Source of the DNA: Diploschistes diacapsis
Taxonomy: Eukaryota
Assembly (NCBI GenBank): GCA_023645945.1
Contig: JALAIB010000004.1
Coordinates: 1-56,649, forward strand
Direction: 5' to 3'
Length of the DNA: 56,649 nt
This document shows, piece after piece, positions 37,608 through 51,219 of this stretch (positions are counted from its first letter, which is position 1; each line of letters begins with the position of its first letter). The notes under the pieces are model-generated. The model saw nothing but the letters and a program-made list of their open reading frames with translations. It searched no databases and had not been told where the DNA came from. The translations under genes were made by a program, and so were the position numbers.

Positions 37608-37754
37608 ATGAAACCCTTCACCATCAAGCCCTTCACCACGAAGACAGAGGCCGCCCAAGGAGGCATGGTTAATCCTCATGGCACGAATCCCGGCACCGAG
37701 ACGACAGACGGCCCCAACAGCCAGCATGTCGGCTTCGTTTGCGTTGTCATGTAG
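37608..37754 (+). CDS. Candidate a-factor-class (CaaX lipopeptide) mating pheromone precursor, 48 aa
   Basis: MKPFTIKPFTTKTEAAQGGMVNPHGTNPGTETTDGPNSQHVGFVCVVM*. Ends in CaaX (CVVM); no signal peptide; hydrophilic pro-region; isolated in a ~2 kb intergenic gap; upstream intron. Confidence 0.75.
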   Translation: MKPFTIKPFTTKTEAAQGGMVNPHGTNPGTETTDGPNSQHVGFVCVVM

Positions 37755-38493
37755 AAGCCTCCCAAGGGTTTGAACCTGCACGATCGACCATCCGGGAGTG
37801 ATGCTTCTATCGCGTCTTTCAGGTGTCAGTTGCGGGTGAAGCTTGGACAGGCAGGGGCCTTTTAATTTCAACTACGTGCTATATACGCAACCAAAGTCGA
37901 TCTTTTGCATCTTCTGTCACATTTTGTTGTATCTAGCATGGTATTACACTAGAACTCTGGGTGCGATGTGGGCACCGACTTGCCGACCCTTTCCTTCGTT
38001 TATGGTGTCGGTTCTCTACATTCCTGATACAAAGTTGCTTGAGAGACTCGGTGTTGCTGTACTACATTCGAGAGCTTTCTGCACATCTTAGGAGCATCGA
38101 GACTGTTATAGGGGGTAGCGGAGTTATATGGATTTTCCTTCTATACGGAGAAGGAGCATTATTGGAGACATACAAGACGCATTCATGTATTCGCTTGGTT
38201 ATGGTATATGGGGTTAGTGATTCGGATATACAAGAATGTGACTTCTTAATCTACTCATGTGACGATCGCCCCTTCTATGCTATGGTGAAGTCATACCCAC
38301 AGTCTCTGGGCGATGGGCATGGGCCGCGAGATGACTCTCATTGTAGTGGAGCTCAAAGCTGTATGGCGGTGCCAAGGGGCAAAGATACCTTCGTGAACCA
38401 TGCGGGTTTGTGCTCGACGATCAAGGTGCATGAGAAGAATGTGAAATACAAAAATAGTGTAATGTGAGTGCTTCATCATATGCCTTCCATCTC

Positions 38494-40465
38494 CTAATCA
38501 GATGGACCGGCATTTGCTACATCCAAACTCCTTAGCCTAGCAAGTACGTCATCCAGTGCGTGTAATTCAGCCCCAAAGTCTTTCTCGATATCGGAACTCT
38601 GAGAAGGCCCCGTTCCTATTGATTTCTCCACCAAAGCAGCCAAGACGGCTACAAAGTCCTTGTCCACATTAAACTCCACAGCCAGTCTGTGGACCTCAAG
38701 ACGCTTGTACAGGAGAGGCGACGAACACAGCAAATAGTAAAGGTTCAGCGCCGCCAACCAGAAGGGGAAGTTCGTGGCCATGTCCTGCATCGAGGACGTG
38801 TCCGGCGTGGCGAACAGCCAGGGCGCGCAGGCCCTTAAAGCGGATGGCTGTGCAAATGCATTGGAGCTGTCGCCCGTGCTATTCGTTATTCTGAGGCCCT
38901 CGGTGCCCTGAAAGCTCGAATTGTTGAGAGGCACGTCAAAGGCCATTAGGATCTCGTCTTTGAGCCAGCCCACGGCGGTGACTTTGAGGTTTGCATATGG
39001 GCAATGCTCAAGCGTGTCTTGTATGAAGTCCAGCCGCGCCTCGGAGGAAGGGTTCCCGCGTAGTACGGCTGACGCAAAGGCATGGGCTTGGAACCTCATG
39101 CTCGGCAGAGGCATGTTCGCGGAGGTAAAGGATATCCTCTGTAGATAACTGCTGAACTCTGCTCTCGTCTCTGCTTCTGCAACGCCATCGGTTGCCTCGA
39201 GTGCGGCCCAGCCGAGGATCAGGGTAGCATCAACGGTTTGGACCATGGAAGCAACGCCTTCTTCGATGTCGAGGAATCGGCTTGCAAGCTCCTCGTGCTG
39301 TGGGAATAAAGATAGATTGATCGAGGCTGGGCGGTCGTTTAACAAAGCAGTTGCCACTCTCGCTGCTACACAATATAGGGCTCCGATCCGAGACAATGGG
39401 AGCTCCTCGAGGGACACGACAGACCCATTGGCACCGAGCTCATCATCCGGCTCGGTGATGCATTCTAAAAGGTCCTGCCATGGCATGGTAAGATCACTAT
39501 CTGCTGTACTCTGTGAAGGGTCAGCGCTGCCAGGTTACAGGAATAAGGTTACTTGCCAGTATCTGGCTGATACTCGCGTCTCGCCTCTCCAGATCAGCTT
39601 CCTTTTGGAAGCGCGACCGGTAGGTTTCTTGTCGAGGCAGAATCCTTTCGGGATACCGCTTCTCGAAAAAGCGGTCGGACCATGCGAATTGCGAGGTTTC
39701 GCCAGCAGGATTCAGAGAGTGGATGTAGATTTCGGCCACATGAGTGACGAAGGATCTCAAGATACGCTTCTGAAGGCCTTCCTCTTCCTTTCCCGGAGCG
39801 GCTGTCTGGGCTTCAGGGTCTGGGGCTGAGATCCTGTCACTTACCCTCGGTATCGCCTGCTGGCTTTTCCGAGGCGGGAGATGTGGTCGACTGGAGCCAG
39901 ACAAACTTTTGAGCAGCATCAGAACTGCACCGATAGACTCGGCGGTATGCGCTACAGCCTTGTAGGCAGGAACGACAGCCTGTACCGAAGTCATGAGAAA
40001 TCGACTCGGGTATTGTGTCTTGATTCGAGGATGCAAGATACACAGCATGTGCAGCAGAGACTGGAACTGAAGCGCCAGCAGAGCGGACCTGGGTTTTGCC
40101 TCTTGTTCTAATGCGCCCTGCTCGGAGTCGATGCCTTTCCCTTCTCCGCCTTCCTCGTCGTCATCGTCAGCTACATGCCTGCGACCAATTTCATAGAGGA
40201 GTTCGGCGACCTTCAGCACCGTTTCTCGGGGGTTTCCAAGGAACGCTACATCTTGCAGGCATTGCTCCGATTCGGGCAACAACGGCAGGAGCAAGCCCAC
40301 AAGATCCCAGCCGATGTTGGTGGTCAGGGTTTCATCTTGGAGTAAAGTATGTAGCACGGGAAGCTGTTCCTTATTCAGGTTATATTCTACTATGGTCAAG
40401 TATGTCAAATAATCGGTTTCCGGCGGCAGCGCCTTCACGAGTGGACTTTCTTCAGCTTCTGCCAT
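38494..40465 (-). CDS. Ybp1/DUF1760 (YAP-binding/Alf4/glomulin family) protein; 2 exons
   Basis: 'PLVKALPPETDYLTYLTIVEYNL..LTTNIGWDL..LGNPRE..LHPRIKTQYPSRFL'; C-terminal 'RLDFIQDTLEHCPYANLKVTAVGWLKDEI'. Intron ~39511-39556. Confidence 0.8.
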
Positions 40466-41338
40466 GGCAGTATGTTTTGTTAATCAATACCACTCGTGAT
40501 ATGGTAACCGCCTTGCGGTTAATGCATGCGCCCCCATTTCCAACTCATTCTGGCGGTACGTCATGGCTTACCGCTATCATACTCACTCTGCTCGGGCTTA
40601 AGAAAGATAACTTGGATGCAGTAGTTAGACTACTTGTTCACGGCCACCAGAGGGTCACCTTTTAGTTTTTACACAGAGTCTGCATTCGACTGTTAAGGAG
40701 TATTGAATTTGACAAACTGTACATGGATATCATTGTTGCATTAACATCCATGTTTCCGCCACTGATAGGCTACTTACCTAAAAGTGATGTTGCGTGCGAA
40801 GGCTTGAATACGAAAAGCCCTTGCTCATCGCACTTTGTGTATCTACTCCTAGCACCATTCATGTGCCATCGCTCAAACTGTTTGACGAACCAGAGCTGAA
40901 CATGAAAACACAGTGCGATAGCTGAGTGTATCTCCCTTGGCTGCCTCGGCGACTAATCCAGCGATGACGTCTCTTAGAAAGTATCGAGCAGAAGGTAGAC
41001 TACTGCTTTTGAGACGAGCGGTGCGACGCAATGTCAAAGTTCGTAGTGTGGATTCGATACACGTTGTGGTCCCAGCTGGGGATGCGGTTCCTGCCAACTT
41101 TGATATACATAGAGATCCATAGCAAGACACCGAATGTATCCTTAAAGGAAGGGCGACCACCTCGAGTCCAGAGGGACACCCTGCAGTACTGTATGGAAAG
41201 ATTAGCTATGGGTAGCCGGTGGCCTCCGTGGAGTCCAGAGGAAGTACCAGCATATCTAGTTGTAGAATATATTCAGATCTACCATTCCTTGGTTCAAACT
41301 CTGCCGCCTAATAGCCATGCACAAGCACTTTTGAGGCT

Positions 41339-42317
41339 CTATTCTTTTTTCCAATCCTCGAATTCCTCGTCAAGATGCCGCTTTAACTCCTGGAACCGAT
41401 TTCGGAAATTCTTGCCGCATCGCCAACACTTCAGGTCGTTTCGCAAGTACCCACCGTGATCGGGTCGCCTCCTTACATCGTCTTTTTTAAGTGGAAATTC
41501 ATGTAGGGTGACCAAGAATGGAGTAGCAAAGCTGTTATAGTGCTTCCTATGCCTCATAGTTTCTGAAGTCCTGTCTCGCGAGAGAACGTGTACGTGCAGA
41601 TGGTTCATTGAAGGCCCAGAGTGTACTCCGGCGATTACTTCGTCTTCCCAGTGCCTGCCTTCAGGCAGGCTTTCCAAGTTTGGGAGCGCCCTGCTGGGGC
41701 CTTCTTGTGCACCCTCCATGGCTTTCAAGCGTGCCTGCTCTTTATGACTAAACTTGCCAAACCTTCGCCTCAGCTCGGCCGCCACCAGTTTCTTCACCTT
41801 TTCAACCTCTTCAAGAGTCGCTTTCAAGAGTGCCGAGTCCTGGCCAAAGGCATCAAAGGGGTGTAGCTTTGTAAGAGAATGCCGAGGAATGACAAGAACG
41901 TGGATCGAAGATTTGGGAAATAGGTCATGAATGGCAACGAACTGGTCATTATAGTACAGCACGCGGGATGATGGAAATGTCTCTGGAGAGGAAATGTATG
42001 CACCTAAACCATCACGGCCTAGGAAGGTAAAGCCCGCTGTGGAGGACAGAGAAGGGGCGGCCTGATTAGTTGCTATCGACATGGTCTGCACCAGCCGCTT
42101 CTTTTTTGGTGACATCAATTCGATAACTGATATTGATTAGAAGCGTGCTTTACCTCAACTCATCAGAATGTGCTATACATGCGTCGCGTTTCTGAAGCGA
42201 AGGGCCAGGCACGGTAGTACTGTAGATTTCCTCGCCGACATCTTGGCTGCCCCGAACAGCATCATCAGCATCATTGAAATCATGAGCCACGTCTACCTTG
42301 CGTAATTTGCCAGCCAT
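41339..42317 (-). CDS. HNT3: Aprataxin-like HIT protein with C2HE zinc finger; 2 exons
   Basis: Splicing gives 'KRDAFIELMSPKK'; 'RDGLGAYI', 'IHDLFPKSSIHVLVIPR', HIT motif 'PSMNHLHVHVLSRD', 'KHYNSFATPF', 'CWRCG...LKRHLDEE'. Confidence 0.9.
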
Positions 42318-42906
42318 TTCTTGGACTTCGCAGGGCTCAGAAGGCCGTAAATGATACTGTAGGCTACACGCAGGCCTCCCGTCGGACACGAAGCTAAGTT
42401 CAAGAGGTACTCGCTTTTTCTAAAGAGAAACTCCCTAGTTCCGTTGGAGAGGTTTCCTTCTCCAATTCAGCCGATTTAATAGCTAGAAGTTAAGCCCTTT
42501 CTACGAGTATGGCCCACAAGAACTACTACCTAGATATGACTAATGCCTCATATTCCGTGCGTACCTAGTACGGAGGAACAACACCCAAAATGTCACAAGT
42601 CTAGAACGCGCTAAACTCAACCTCAACCTCACCTCCGGGCCCGAGTATTCAAAAGTTTATTACGCAGACAAACTATATAGGACTACAGTTGGGCAGGCAA
42701 GAACACAACAGGCAAAATTTTCAGAGGCTCGGCAATCCTCTTGAATATATCGACACTGTTACGGAGGAAGGCAAAATCGATAGCTCTCCTTATGTCCCTG
42801 TGTTCGAAGCCAGGACGCTGCTTAGTGAGAACTCGGAGGTACTAATCAAGTGCTTTCTGCATGAGCAAAATAGGTGTATAATCGTCTTGATCCGAAGCTT
42901 TACAAT

Positions 42907-45900
42907 ATGCCTGACCGAGGGAAACGCCAAGGTGGCAGCACTGGGCCAGCAAAAGGCTCCAAGCATGACCAGACTGCTTCCATAAGTGTAAGCCAGACCG
43001 CAAAGGAGAAGAAAGCAAATGCAAAGCTCGCACCAAATTCCACAGCTAATGAGCCTGTCGGGGCTGAAGTCGTCCAAAAGCCAGACACACGAACCTTGAT
43101 TGCTGGCGCATCCTGGACAGGAAAGCTCCCTGTTAATTTGTTGTCTGAGCATTGCCAGAAGCAGAGGTGGTTAAAGCCAGAATATTCCATGGTATTTCTT
43201 GAACAAGGTAAGTTTTCGCCACACATGCTAATATCGATTCAAGAAAAAATTAAAGGATGGCTTTGTGTCCTCGGTTACACTGAGAGCGGCGAATCCAAAG
43301 ACACAAGAGACTACTACGTTACCACCTTTTAATCTACCACCCTCGCACCGACATCTTGGTTCCCGTGCAACCGCGGTCGAGGCCCGTCATATCGCTGCAA
43401 CATGGGCATTGTTTCGAGTTTCAAGCATGAAAAATATCCACGTGATGCTTCCCCCCGACTTTCGGGATCTTTGGAAAAGCGAGTTCCAAGTGATTAAGAA
43501 AGCAGACGTTCAGAATGGCCATGGCTGGCTGTACGAAGCAGATCCATTCATCGCTTGGGAGGAAAACGAAAAAGTGGAGGCCCTGAAGCGCAAGAAGAGA
43601 GACGAGGTCATCACCCAAAAGGCCATGGAGGCTAAGATACAGGCACTTCCTCGTCTTTCGGCTCGGGACCCGAAGCGAAGCGATCTCGGTGCGAGGTCCA
43701 AGAGCGCAAAGATTGAAATGGGCAAATTGATCCGTTCTGATGTCGAAGCACTTCTCCGAAAATATATAAGGTGGAACCTCTACTGTATATCAATAGCTTC
43801 TGACCAAAGCGTAACGATTGTGAACGAACTCAGCAATATGGGATTTCGAGAGTCTCACGTTCGAGAGGCTGTTGAGTATTGTAAGGACCGCGAAGAAGTC
43901 CTGGAATGGCTTTTAATACACGTACCAGAGGATGACCTCCCGGTGTGGGCAATGCCAGAAAACTACAGCGCTGGTGTAAGTCTGGTGAGCGGAAATATAG
44001 CAAAGGAAGCCAAAGTCGCACGACTTTCGCAAGCCGGTTACTCTATAGAACTTTGCCAGGCATTACTCGAAAAGCATGGAGGCAGTGAACTAGACACATC
44101 CGAGGCACTACAGCATATCCTCTGCGAGGGTCTATCGAAGCCTGCAGAAGCTTCTTGCTTAACCTTGTCAGGAGAGCATGGAGAAGACATATGGACACAA
44201 GAACTGGATACGCTGGAATCAATCTTTGGAGACCGTTTTTCAAAAATAGACGCGCTAGGTTGCAGCCTCAAGCTTCACTTGGCTGGTCTGGAATGCTCTG
44301 TTCAATTTAGGAGATCGAGAGCTTACCCCCTCGACGCACCACTACTTCGCTTGATTGGGAACGGAGTTCCAGCATACATTAAGCTGAGCATTTATCGACA
44401 AGCAATCCGCCAAGCATATCAAGCTTTCCTTGGACAACCTATGGTCTACCTTTTGGTAGATTGGCTCGAAATCGAGACCCCGAGGATAGTAGCAGAGCCC
44501 GGGAAACTGCGTGATATAGCAACGGCAGCGATACCAATGGTCGCAGCTCATCCACAAATCTCGAATACGAAAAGACTGCCTGCACGAGATATCAAGTCTC
44601 GTGGTAGACGAGCGGCCGGTTCGGCGAAGAGTCTCTCAATATTACGGCAGTGGTGCGATAGACAAAACCAGAGGCCTCAGGTCCAGATGATGGCAGCCCG
44701 TCAAACTTTACCTGCATGGGGCAGTAAAGAGAAAATCTTAAAAGCTGTGGACGAGAATCAGGTCACGATAATAGGTGGTCCAACTGGCTCCGGCAAGTCA
44801 ACCCAGACCGTTCAGTTCATCCTCGACGATATGATACAAAATGAGCTTGGGGAGTACTGTAGCATTATATGTACACAGCCGCGAAGAATATCTGCGCTGG
44901 GCTTGGCAGAGAGAGTTGCTGAAGAACGTTGCGTTACTGTTGGGGAAGAAGTAGGCTACACGATCCGGGGAGAGTCTCGACAGACCCCTGGGAAAACAAG
45001 CATCACGTTTTGCACCACCGGCGTTTTGTTGAGAAAGCTACAGGTGTCTAGCTTTACAGCAGAAGACCTTGCGGTTTCGCTAGAGGGTGTATCCCACGTG
45101 GTTGTCGATGAGGTTCATGAGAGAAGCTTAGACACGGATTTTCTGCTCATCCTTTTACGAGATATTTTACCCTCGCGTAAGGATCTGAAGCTTATCTTAA
45201 TGTCCGCAACACTTGATGCGGTCGAGTTTGAGACGTACTTCCAGTCCATTAGCACCGTTGGCAAAGTGGAAGTGGAGGGGCGGACCTTTCCAGTCACGGA
45301 CTACTATCTAGACGATGCCATAAAGATGTCTCAGTTTAACGACTCAGTTGGCCATGGCGACCTGGACGATAGAGAGGTGGGCAGAGCCATAAAGAGCGTC
45401 GGCACGCGTATTAATTATGAGCTCATTGCTGCTGTCGTACATAGCATACATCATAATTTGGGGAAACGAGAGGGATCAATCTTGATATTTCTTCCTGGCG
45501 TTGCTGAGATCAACCGAACCATCGATGCTCTGCGTGGAATGCATGACATCCATCCGTTGCCGCTTCATGCCTCATTGGCTCCCGCAGAACAGCGACGGGT
45601 CTTCTTCAAAGCACCCAACGGCCAAAGAAAGGTGGTCGCTGCCACCAACGTTGCGGAGACTTCAATAACCATTCCGGATTGTGTAGCCGTTGTCGATACT
45701 GGTCACGTTAAAGAGACGACTTTCGATACAGAGCGGAGTATGGTCAAGTTAGAGGAAGTCTGGGCGTCACAGGCCTCCTGCAAGCAAAGACGGGGCAGAG
45801 CCGGTAGAGTTGCAGCTGGCGAGTGCTTTAAGCTGTACACGAGGAATGCGGAAGCAAAGATGCCCTTGCGACCAGAGCCAGAGATCAGACGCGTTCCCTT

Positions 45901-47035
45901 GGAGCAGCTTTGTTTGTCGATCAGGGCCATGGGCATAACAGATGTAAATGGGTTCTTAGCAAAAGCTCTGACCAAACCCGAACGCACCTCTGTCGAAGGA
46001 GCTATGACTTTGTTGTGCAAGATCGGCGCCTTGGATTCGGAGGGTAAACAGCTGACAGCTCTGGGTCGCCATTTGGCGAGCATACCGTCTGATCTCCGCT
46101 GCGGCAAGCTGATGATCTACGGTGCCTTATTTGGCTGTATGGAAGCAACTCTTACAATTGCTTCGATTCTAACGATCCGGTCTCCATTCCTGTCGCCTCA
46201 GACAAAGAGGGATGAGAGCAAAGCGGTTAGGACATCCTTTGCCGAAGGCCATGGTGACCTTATTGCCGATTTAGAGGCATACAAACAGTGGACTGCACGC
46301 CGTCAGAGCAATAACAGTACCCGGGACATTCGGGTATGGTGCGATCAAAGCTTTCTTTCCCATCAAACGCTCTCAGAAATCTCCACAACTCGCATCCAGT
46401 ATCTGTCCTCCCTCAAGGAAGCCGGCTTCATACCTGCGGACTATTACTCCTACTCTGGTTCAGCCTCCAATGCCAGGTACCCATCGATCAATATAAATGG
46501 ATCAAACCTTGCTCTCCTTCGCGCCCTAATTGCAGGCGCTTTCAACCCTCAAATCGCCCGCATCGCTTTTCCAGACAAAAAATTTGCTGCCTCGTCCTCC
46601 GGCGCGGTCGAGCTGGACCCGGAGGCACGAACAATCAAATACTTTACCGAAGACGCAGGCCGCGTGTTTGTACATCCGAGCTCGACGCTTTTCGAAGCCC
46701 AGGGCTTCCCTGGTCATTCAATGTTCATGGCATACTTTAGCCGGATGGCGACATCGAAGGTCTTCATCCGCAATCTGACGCCTTTTAATTCGTATTCTCT
46801 GCTCATGTTCGCTGGGAGCGTACGCCTGGATACCATGGGCAAGGGGCTCATCGTGGACGAGTGGCTGAAGTTTAGGAGCTGGGCGCGGATAGGTGCATTG
46901 GTCGGTAGGCTACGGACCATGCTTGACGAGATACTAGACGAGAGAATGGAGAACCCCGGCAATTTGAGTGACAAGGGGCAAGAAGTTCTTGCTGTCGTTA
47001 GGCGGCTGATTGAGTTTGATGGGTTGGATAGGTGA
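42907..47035 (+). CDS. DEAH-box RNA helicase with UBA/RWD-like region (DHX57/YLR419W/Ucp12-like); 2 exons
   Basis: 'SWTGKLPVNLLSEHCQKQRW'; motifs GPTGSGKST, TQPRRISA, DEVH, MSAT, TNVAETSITI, QRRGRAGR; HA2/OB C-terminus. Intron 43192-43243. Confidence 0.92.
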
Positions 47036-49410
47036 GGTTACGACGTTACGAGTAACGATTTTGGTCAGTTCAACTTGAAACTATACATCCTGCTCCTACG
47101 CCGCTGTTAGCATGCCAGTCGAGATACTTCCTAGTACTTTAAAGATGGGGTATATTAGATTAACAAGATGCATGGTCTCCAGATTTGTAGTGTATGTCTT
47201 CAATATAGTCAATGAGCAGGTCATGCAACTTTTTAACTAAATGCTGTGAAGCTGCTGCTCGAGCAAGGGGACGAACGAGGAGAATACGCATGACAACCAC
47301 TTCCTCCCAGGCCTGGTTTGTTAAAGCCTAAGCTCAATCTGCTTTATTATATCGAGAGCGACTTGAAGTCCTTGCTACAACCAGCAGGGAATCTCCAGAC
47401 GATCGCTAGCTCCGAACACCATCATCTTCGCTGTCACCTGCGCTCTTTCTTCTCCATTTAGCGTCCTACTCCAAAAGCTTGCCCCCGATCTAAATGAATG
47501 ACGCGAGTTATGAATTGCGTGAACCCATGGTTTTCGCCACGCTTATGCATCGGGGCAACCACCTAAGAGCGCACTACTGTAATGGCCGAGCTTTGGGATT
47601 TTAGATCAGAGCTGTATGAATATGAATCACGGTATGTAGTCCTTGGGACTCGCTCTTCGTTACTTTAACGAACGCGGCAGACCACGAACATATGGAAGGG
47701 TCACAGGGTGAAATGTTTTTCACTAGACTTTCAGCTGGCTTAATGTAACGTCAGGGGATTTCGTCAAGATTCCGCTGCCATGAACCTCAGGGGTAAGGGT
47801 TACAGAATGAATCCTATTGCGCAGTGAACGTAAACTTTCTCTTTTGGTTACCAATTCATTTGATTGGATATAAAGGCTGTGCGGCCGCTATTCACCCGAC
47901 AAGTTGTGGGGGGAAATGCCAAACTGCAAAGCCTTCTATCAGACCATTTATAGGAGCTTTCTTTCTCCAAGAGGACTCCAGGCCCAGGCAATTAGTCTGA
48001 GGTGCGCATCAGTGGTTTTCGCTCAGCATCCCAGAGATCCTCATCCGCCCATGCTTTTGAATCTTCCTTGCCTTCAGGCACAAGCTCACACAAACTTTCG
48101 TATCACTTCCGCTCCCAGTCAGGCTCTTCGGGCTTGCTATCGTCAACGAGAACATTTTGCGAGTCGCTTGCCCTTTGCCAAACTATATAACGCTCCGCGA
48201 ACTGTCGAGCATCATCCATATTCTGCATCTGACGCCCATTTATCTGATGAAGGTACTTCTTGACGCACGCCTTGCTTAATAAAGGCTTCCATCCGCCTCC
48301 ACGCAGCGAACTCTTCACTTCCGGGCATGTATTATCCAGCCATTCTCCAAATATCTTCATCGCTCCTTCAATTTCCGCGTTCTTATGTGGATGTGGATTT
48401 GCTCTAAACCAGGGCGCTTTCACAGTTTAATCTTAATAGGTGGGAGAGCGGTCCCAGAGTGTGGAATGCCTTTTGCTGATCTTGGAATCCAGTCCCCGTG
48501 CATTGTCGTGGTGGGATGGTCGTCGGTGCACAAGTGTGATGCCTTGGGATCTGTATTTCTTGACTGAGTGGAGGGTGCAGCAGGCTTGCGAGATTTTTTG
48601 GCCTTGTTCCTCAGAATTTTAGGTATTGTGCTGAGATAGTGAATTGAATGGTTGAGTGGATTGAATCACAGCTGGAGTGGGAGTTGCGTAGAACAATAAA
48701 GACGAATTCTAATAGACTCCCAATCAAAGGCAACCTGTCAGGGGCTGCCGGAAATGAAATAACCTACCTCCGTGCGTGTAGAGCCATATGAGCAACAAGG
48801 AGGAGATGTGTTGCTCCTTGTGACATCAAGAGTTTGAACAAAGCAGTGGCACTGGTAGGAAGAAAATCACGAACAAAGCACCCTTCGCTATTTCAATGCG
48901 ATGATCTGCTTTGGGCTTACCTTTGCGCATCATGGGAGTAATGTGTAGATACATCTCAGATGCATACGAGTAGATACTTCAACAGTACAGATGGAGATAG
49001 GGGAGATTATAGCGCTAGGAATGGCGTCATCCCTTCTCTCCGCATAATAATTCCTCCGTCCTGTTGCTTAACATGCGATATTAATAATAGTTTGCGCATC
49101 AAATATCTTTTCCATCATTTTTATACCCACACAAGCGGTCAACAGATGCTTCAAATCAATTATGAGAAAACTCCTATAAATTCCAGGAGACTTTCAACTA
49201 TTTCATGTCTGTTTTTTAGTCGAGCTGAAGCAGCACCCTTGAAGCTTTTGTGTAGGTATAAAGTGGTAAAGTCATGGTGGATGTGCAGATTATCACTAAT
49301 CTTTCCTGCCTATAACCAAGGTGTTTGATAACTGGTGAACGCTCTCATCTTCGGGTCGTGGCTATCTTGATACGCATGTAGAAATTGCCACAGAGCCGTG
49401 GCCGCCAGAG

Positions 49411-51219
49411 ATGGTTTCCCTACCTCGCAGCTTAACAAGGAGAACAACTCAACTTATTTCCCAAAGACATTCTTTAAAAGCAAGCTTCCAAGTAAAACAC
49501 CGAATCGGTCTAACCGCCCTACGAAACTTACATGAAAGTCCTCTTTCTAATCGTTCTCCTTTCTGTACAATGGCTGCTCTAAAGAGTGCAGCGCCTTCCC
49601 CTGGAGGGAAGCGAGAATACGATCCAGAGATCAAGGATATGGCGAACTATGTGCATAACTATACAGTTGATTCCGATCTCGCGGTAAGTGGGTTCCGCAC
49701 TGATTCAGCATTTATCTCACTCAGAACGTAGCTTGATACTGCTCGCTACGTACTTCTGGACACCATTGGTTGTGGGCTTGAAGCCTTGAGATTTAAGGAA
49801 TGCACCAAGCTTCTTGGGCCTACTGTACCGGGTACAATTGTTCCCCACGGCACTCGAGTTCCTGGTACACCATATGAGCTAGATCCTGTAAACGGAGCAT
49901 TCAATATCGGTGCTATGATACGATGGCTTGATTACAATGATTGCTGGCTGGCTGCTGAGTGGGGCCACCCTTCCGATAATCTTGGTGGTATTCTCGCCGT
50001 TGCAGACTGGATTTCTAGAACAAATCGGGCTGGAGGAAAGGTGGGTACTGGCGTTGTTCTCAAGATCAAGGACGTTCTAGAAGCCCTGATCAAAGCCCAC
50101 GAAATTCAAGGCTGTCTGGCCCTAGAGAATTCCTTCAACAAAGTTGGCCTTGACCACGTCGTGCTGGTCAAGGTCGCTACCACCGCCGTAGTATCCAAGA
50201 TGCTGGGATTATCAGAGAGACAGACTGCCGATGCCATCACCCAAGCCTGGGAAGACGGCCAAAGCTTGAGGACCTACAGGCACTCTCCCAACACCATGTC
50301 GAGAAAGTCGTGGGCAGCTGGCGATGCGTGTCAAAGGGCAGTGAATCTAGTACTTAAAGTGCAGCGAGGCGAACAAGGCATACCGACTGTCCTGTCTGCG
50401 CCTATCTGGGGCTTTTACGACGTTCTCTTCAAAGGGAACAAATTCCAATTCCAGAGGCCTTACGGGACCTATGTGATGGAAAATATCCTCTTCAAAGTTT
50501 CCTATCCTGGTAAATCCACCTTTGCACCTCTCCAGCGCTTCTGCTCATATCTGCGTAGCGGAGTTTCACTCACAAACGTCAATCGAGGCTGCCAAACGCA
50601 TATACGCACAACTGAAAGAGAGGGGCAAGTCTGCAGAGAATATCAAAGATGTTACAATTCGAACCCACGAAGCCTGCATCCGGATCATAGACAAGCAGTT
50701 CAAACCTCTGGATAATTTTGCCGATCGTGATCATTGTATTCAGGTGAGAGACTCCATTGAAGTTGGGTGATCAATGACTAAGGAATCGGACAGTACATGA
50801 CCGCTGTGATGCTCGTTTTCAACCGTCTGGAGGCAACTGACTACAGCGATGGCTCCGAAGCAGCTACTTCCGAGCTGGTCGAGTCCTTGCGCAAACGCAT
50901 CAAGTGTGTCGAGGATGAACAGTTTACCAAGGATTACCATAATCCAGATATGCGGACAATCCCTAATGCTCTCACCGTCAATCTTGATGATGGCACTGTC
51001 CTGGAGGAAGTGGTTGTGAAGGCACCTCTTGGCCACAAGCTCAGGCGAGAGGAAGCGAAGCCCGAGATCCTCGAAAAGTATCGCCGTCATCTGACGCCGC
51101 ACTTCAAGCCGCACGAGGTGGAGGAGCTCATCGCTCTAGGGACTGACGCCAAAGCCTTGGAGCAGACGAGCGTCGATCAGTACATGGACATGTATGTAAA
51201 GAAAACTATGGACTGGTAG
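49411..51219 (+). CDS. PDH1: 2-methylcitrate dehydratase (PrpD/MmgE family) with likely mitochondrial presequence; 4 exons
   Basis: '[23 protein letters not shown]', '[18 protein letters not shown]', 'FKVSYPAEFHSQT', '[11 protein letters not shown]'. Introns ~49684-49730, 50510-50558, 50744-50793. Alternative start at 49570. Confidence 0.95.

Noticed and set aside
37961..38467. 168-aa ORF downstream of the pheromone candidate
   Set aside because: Non-ATG start and no motifs; most likely 3' UTR or intergenic sequence.
47790..47805. Telomerase RNA template in a long intergenic region
   Set aside because: GTAAGGGTTAC does not match the TAACCCTAA template, and no exact template was seen in other intergenic regions.
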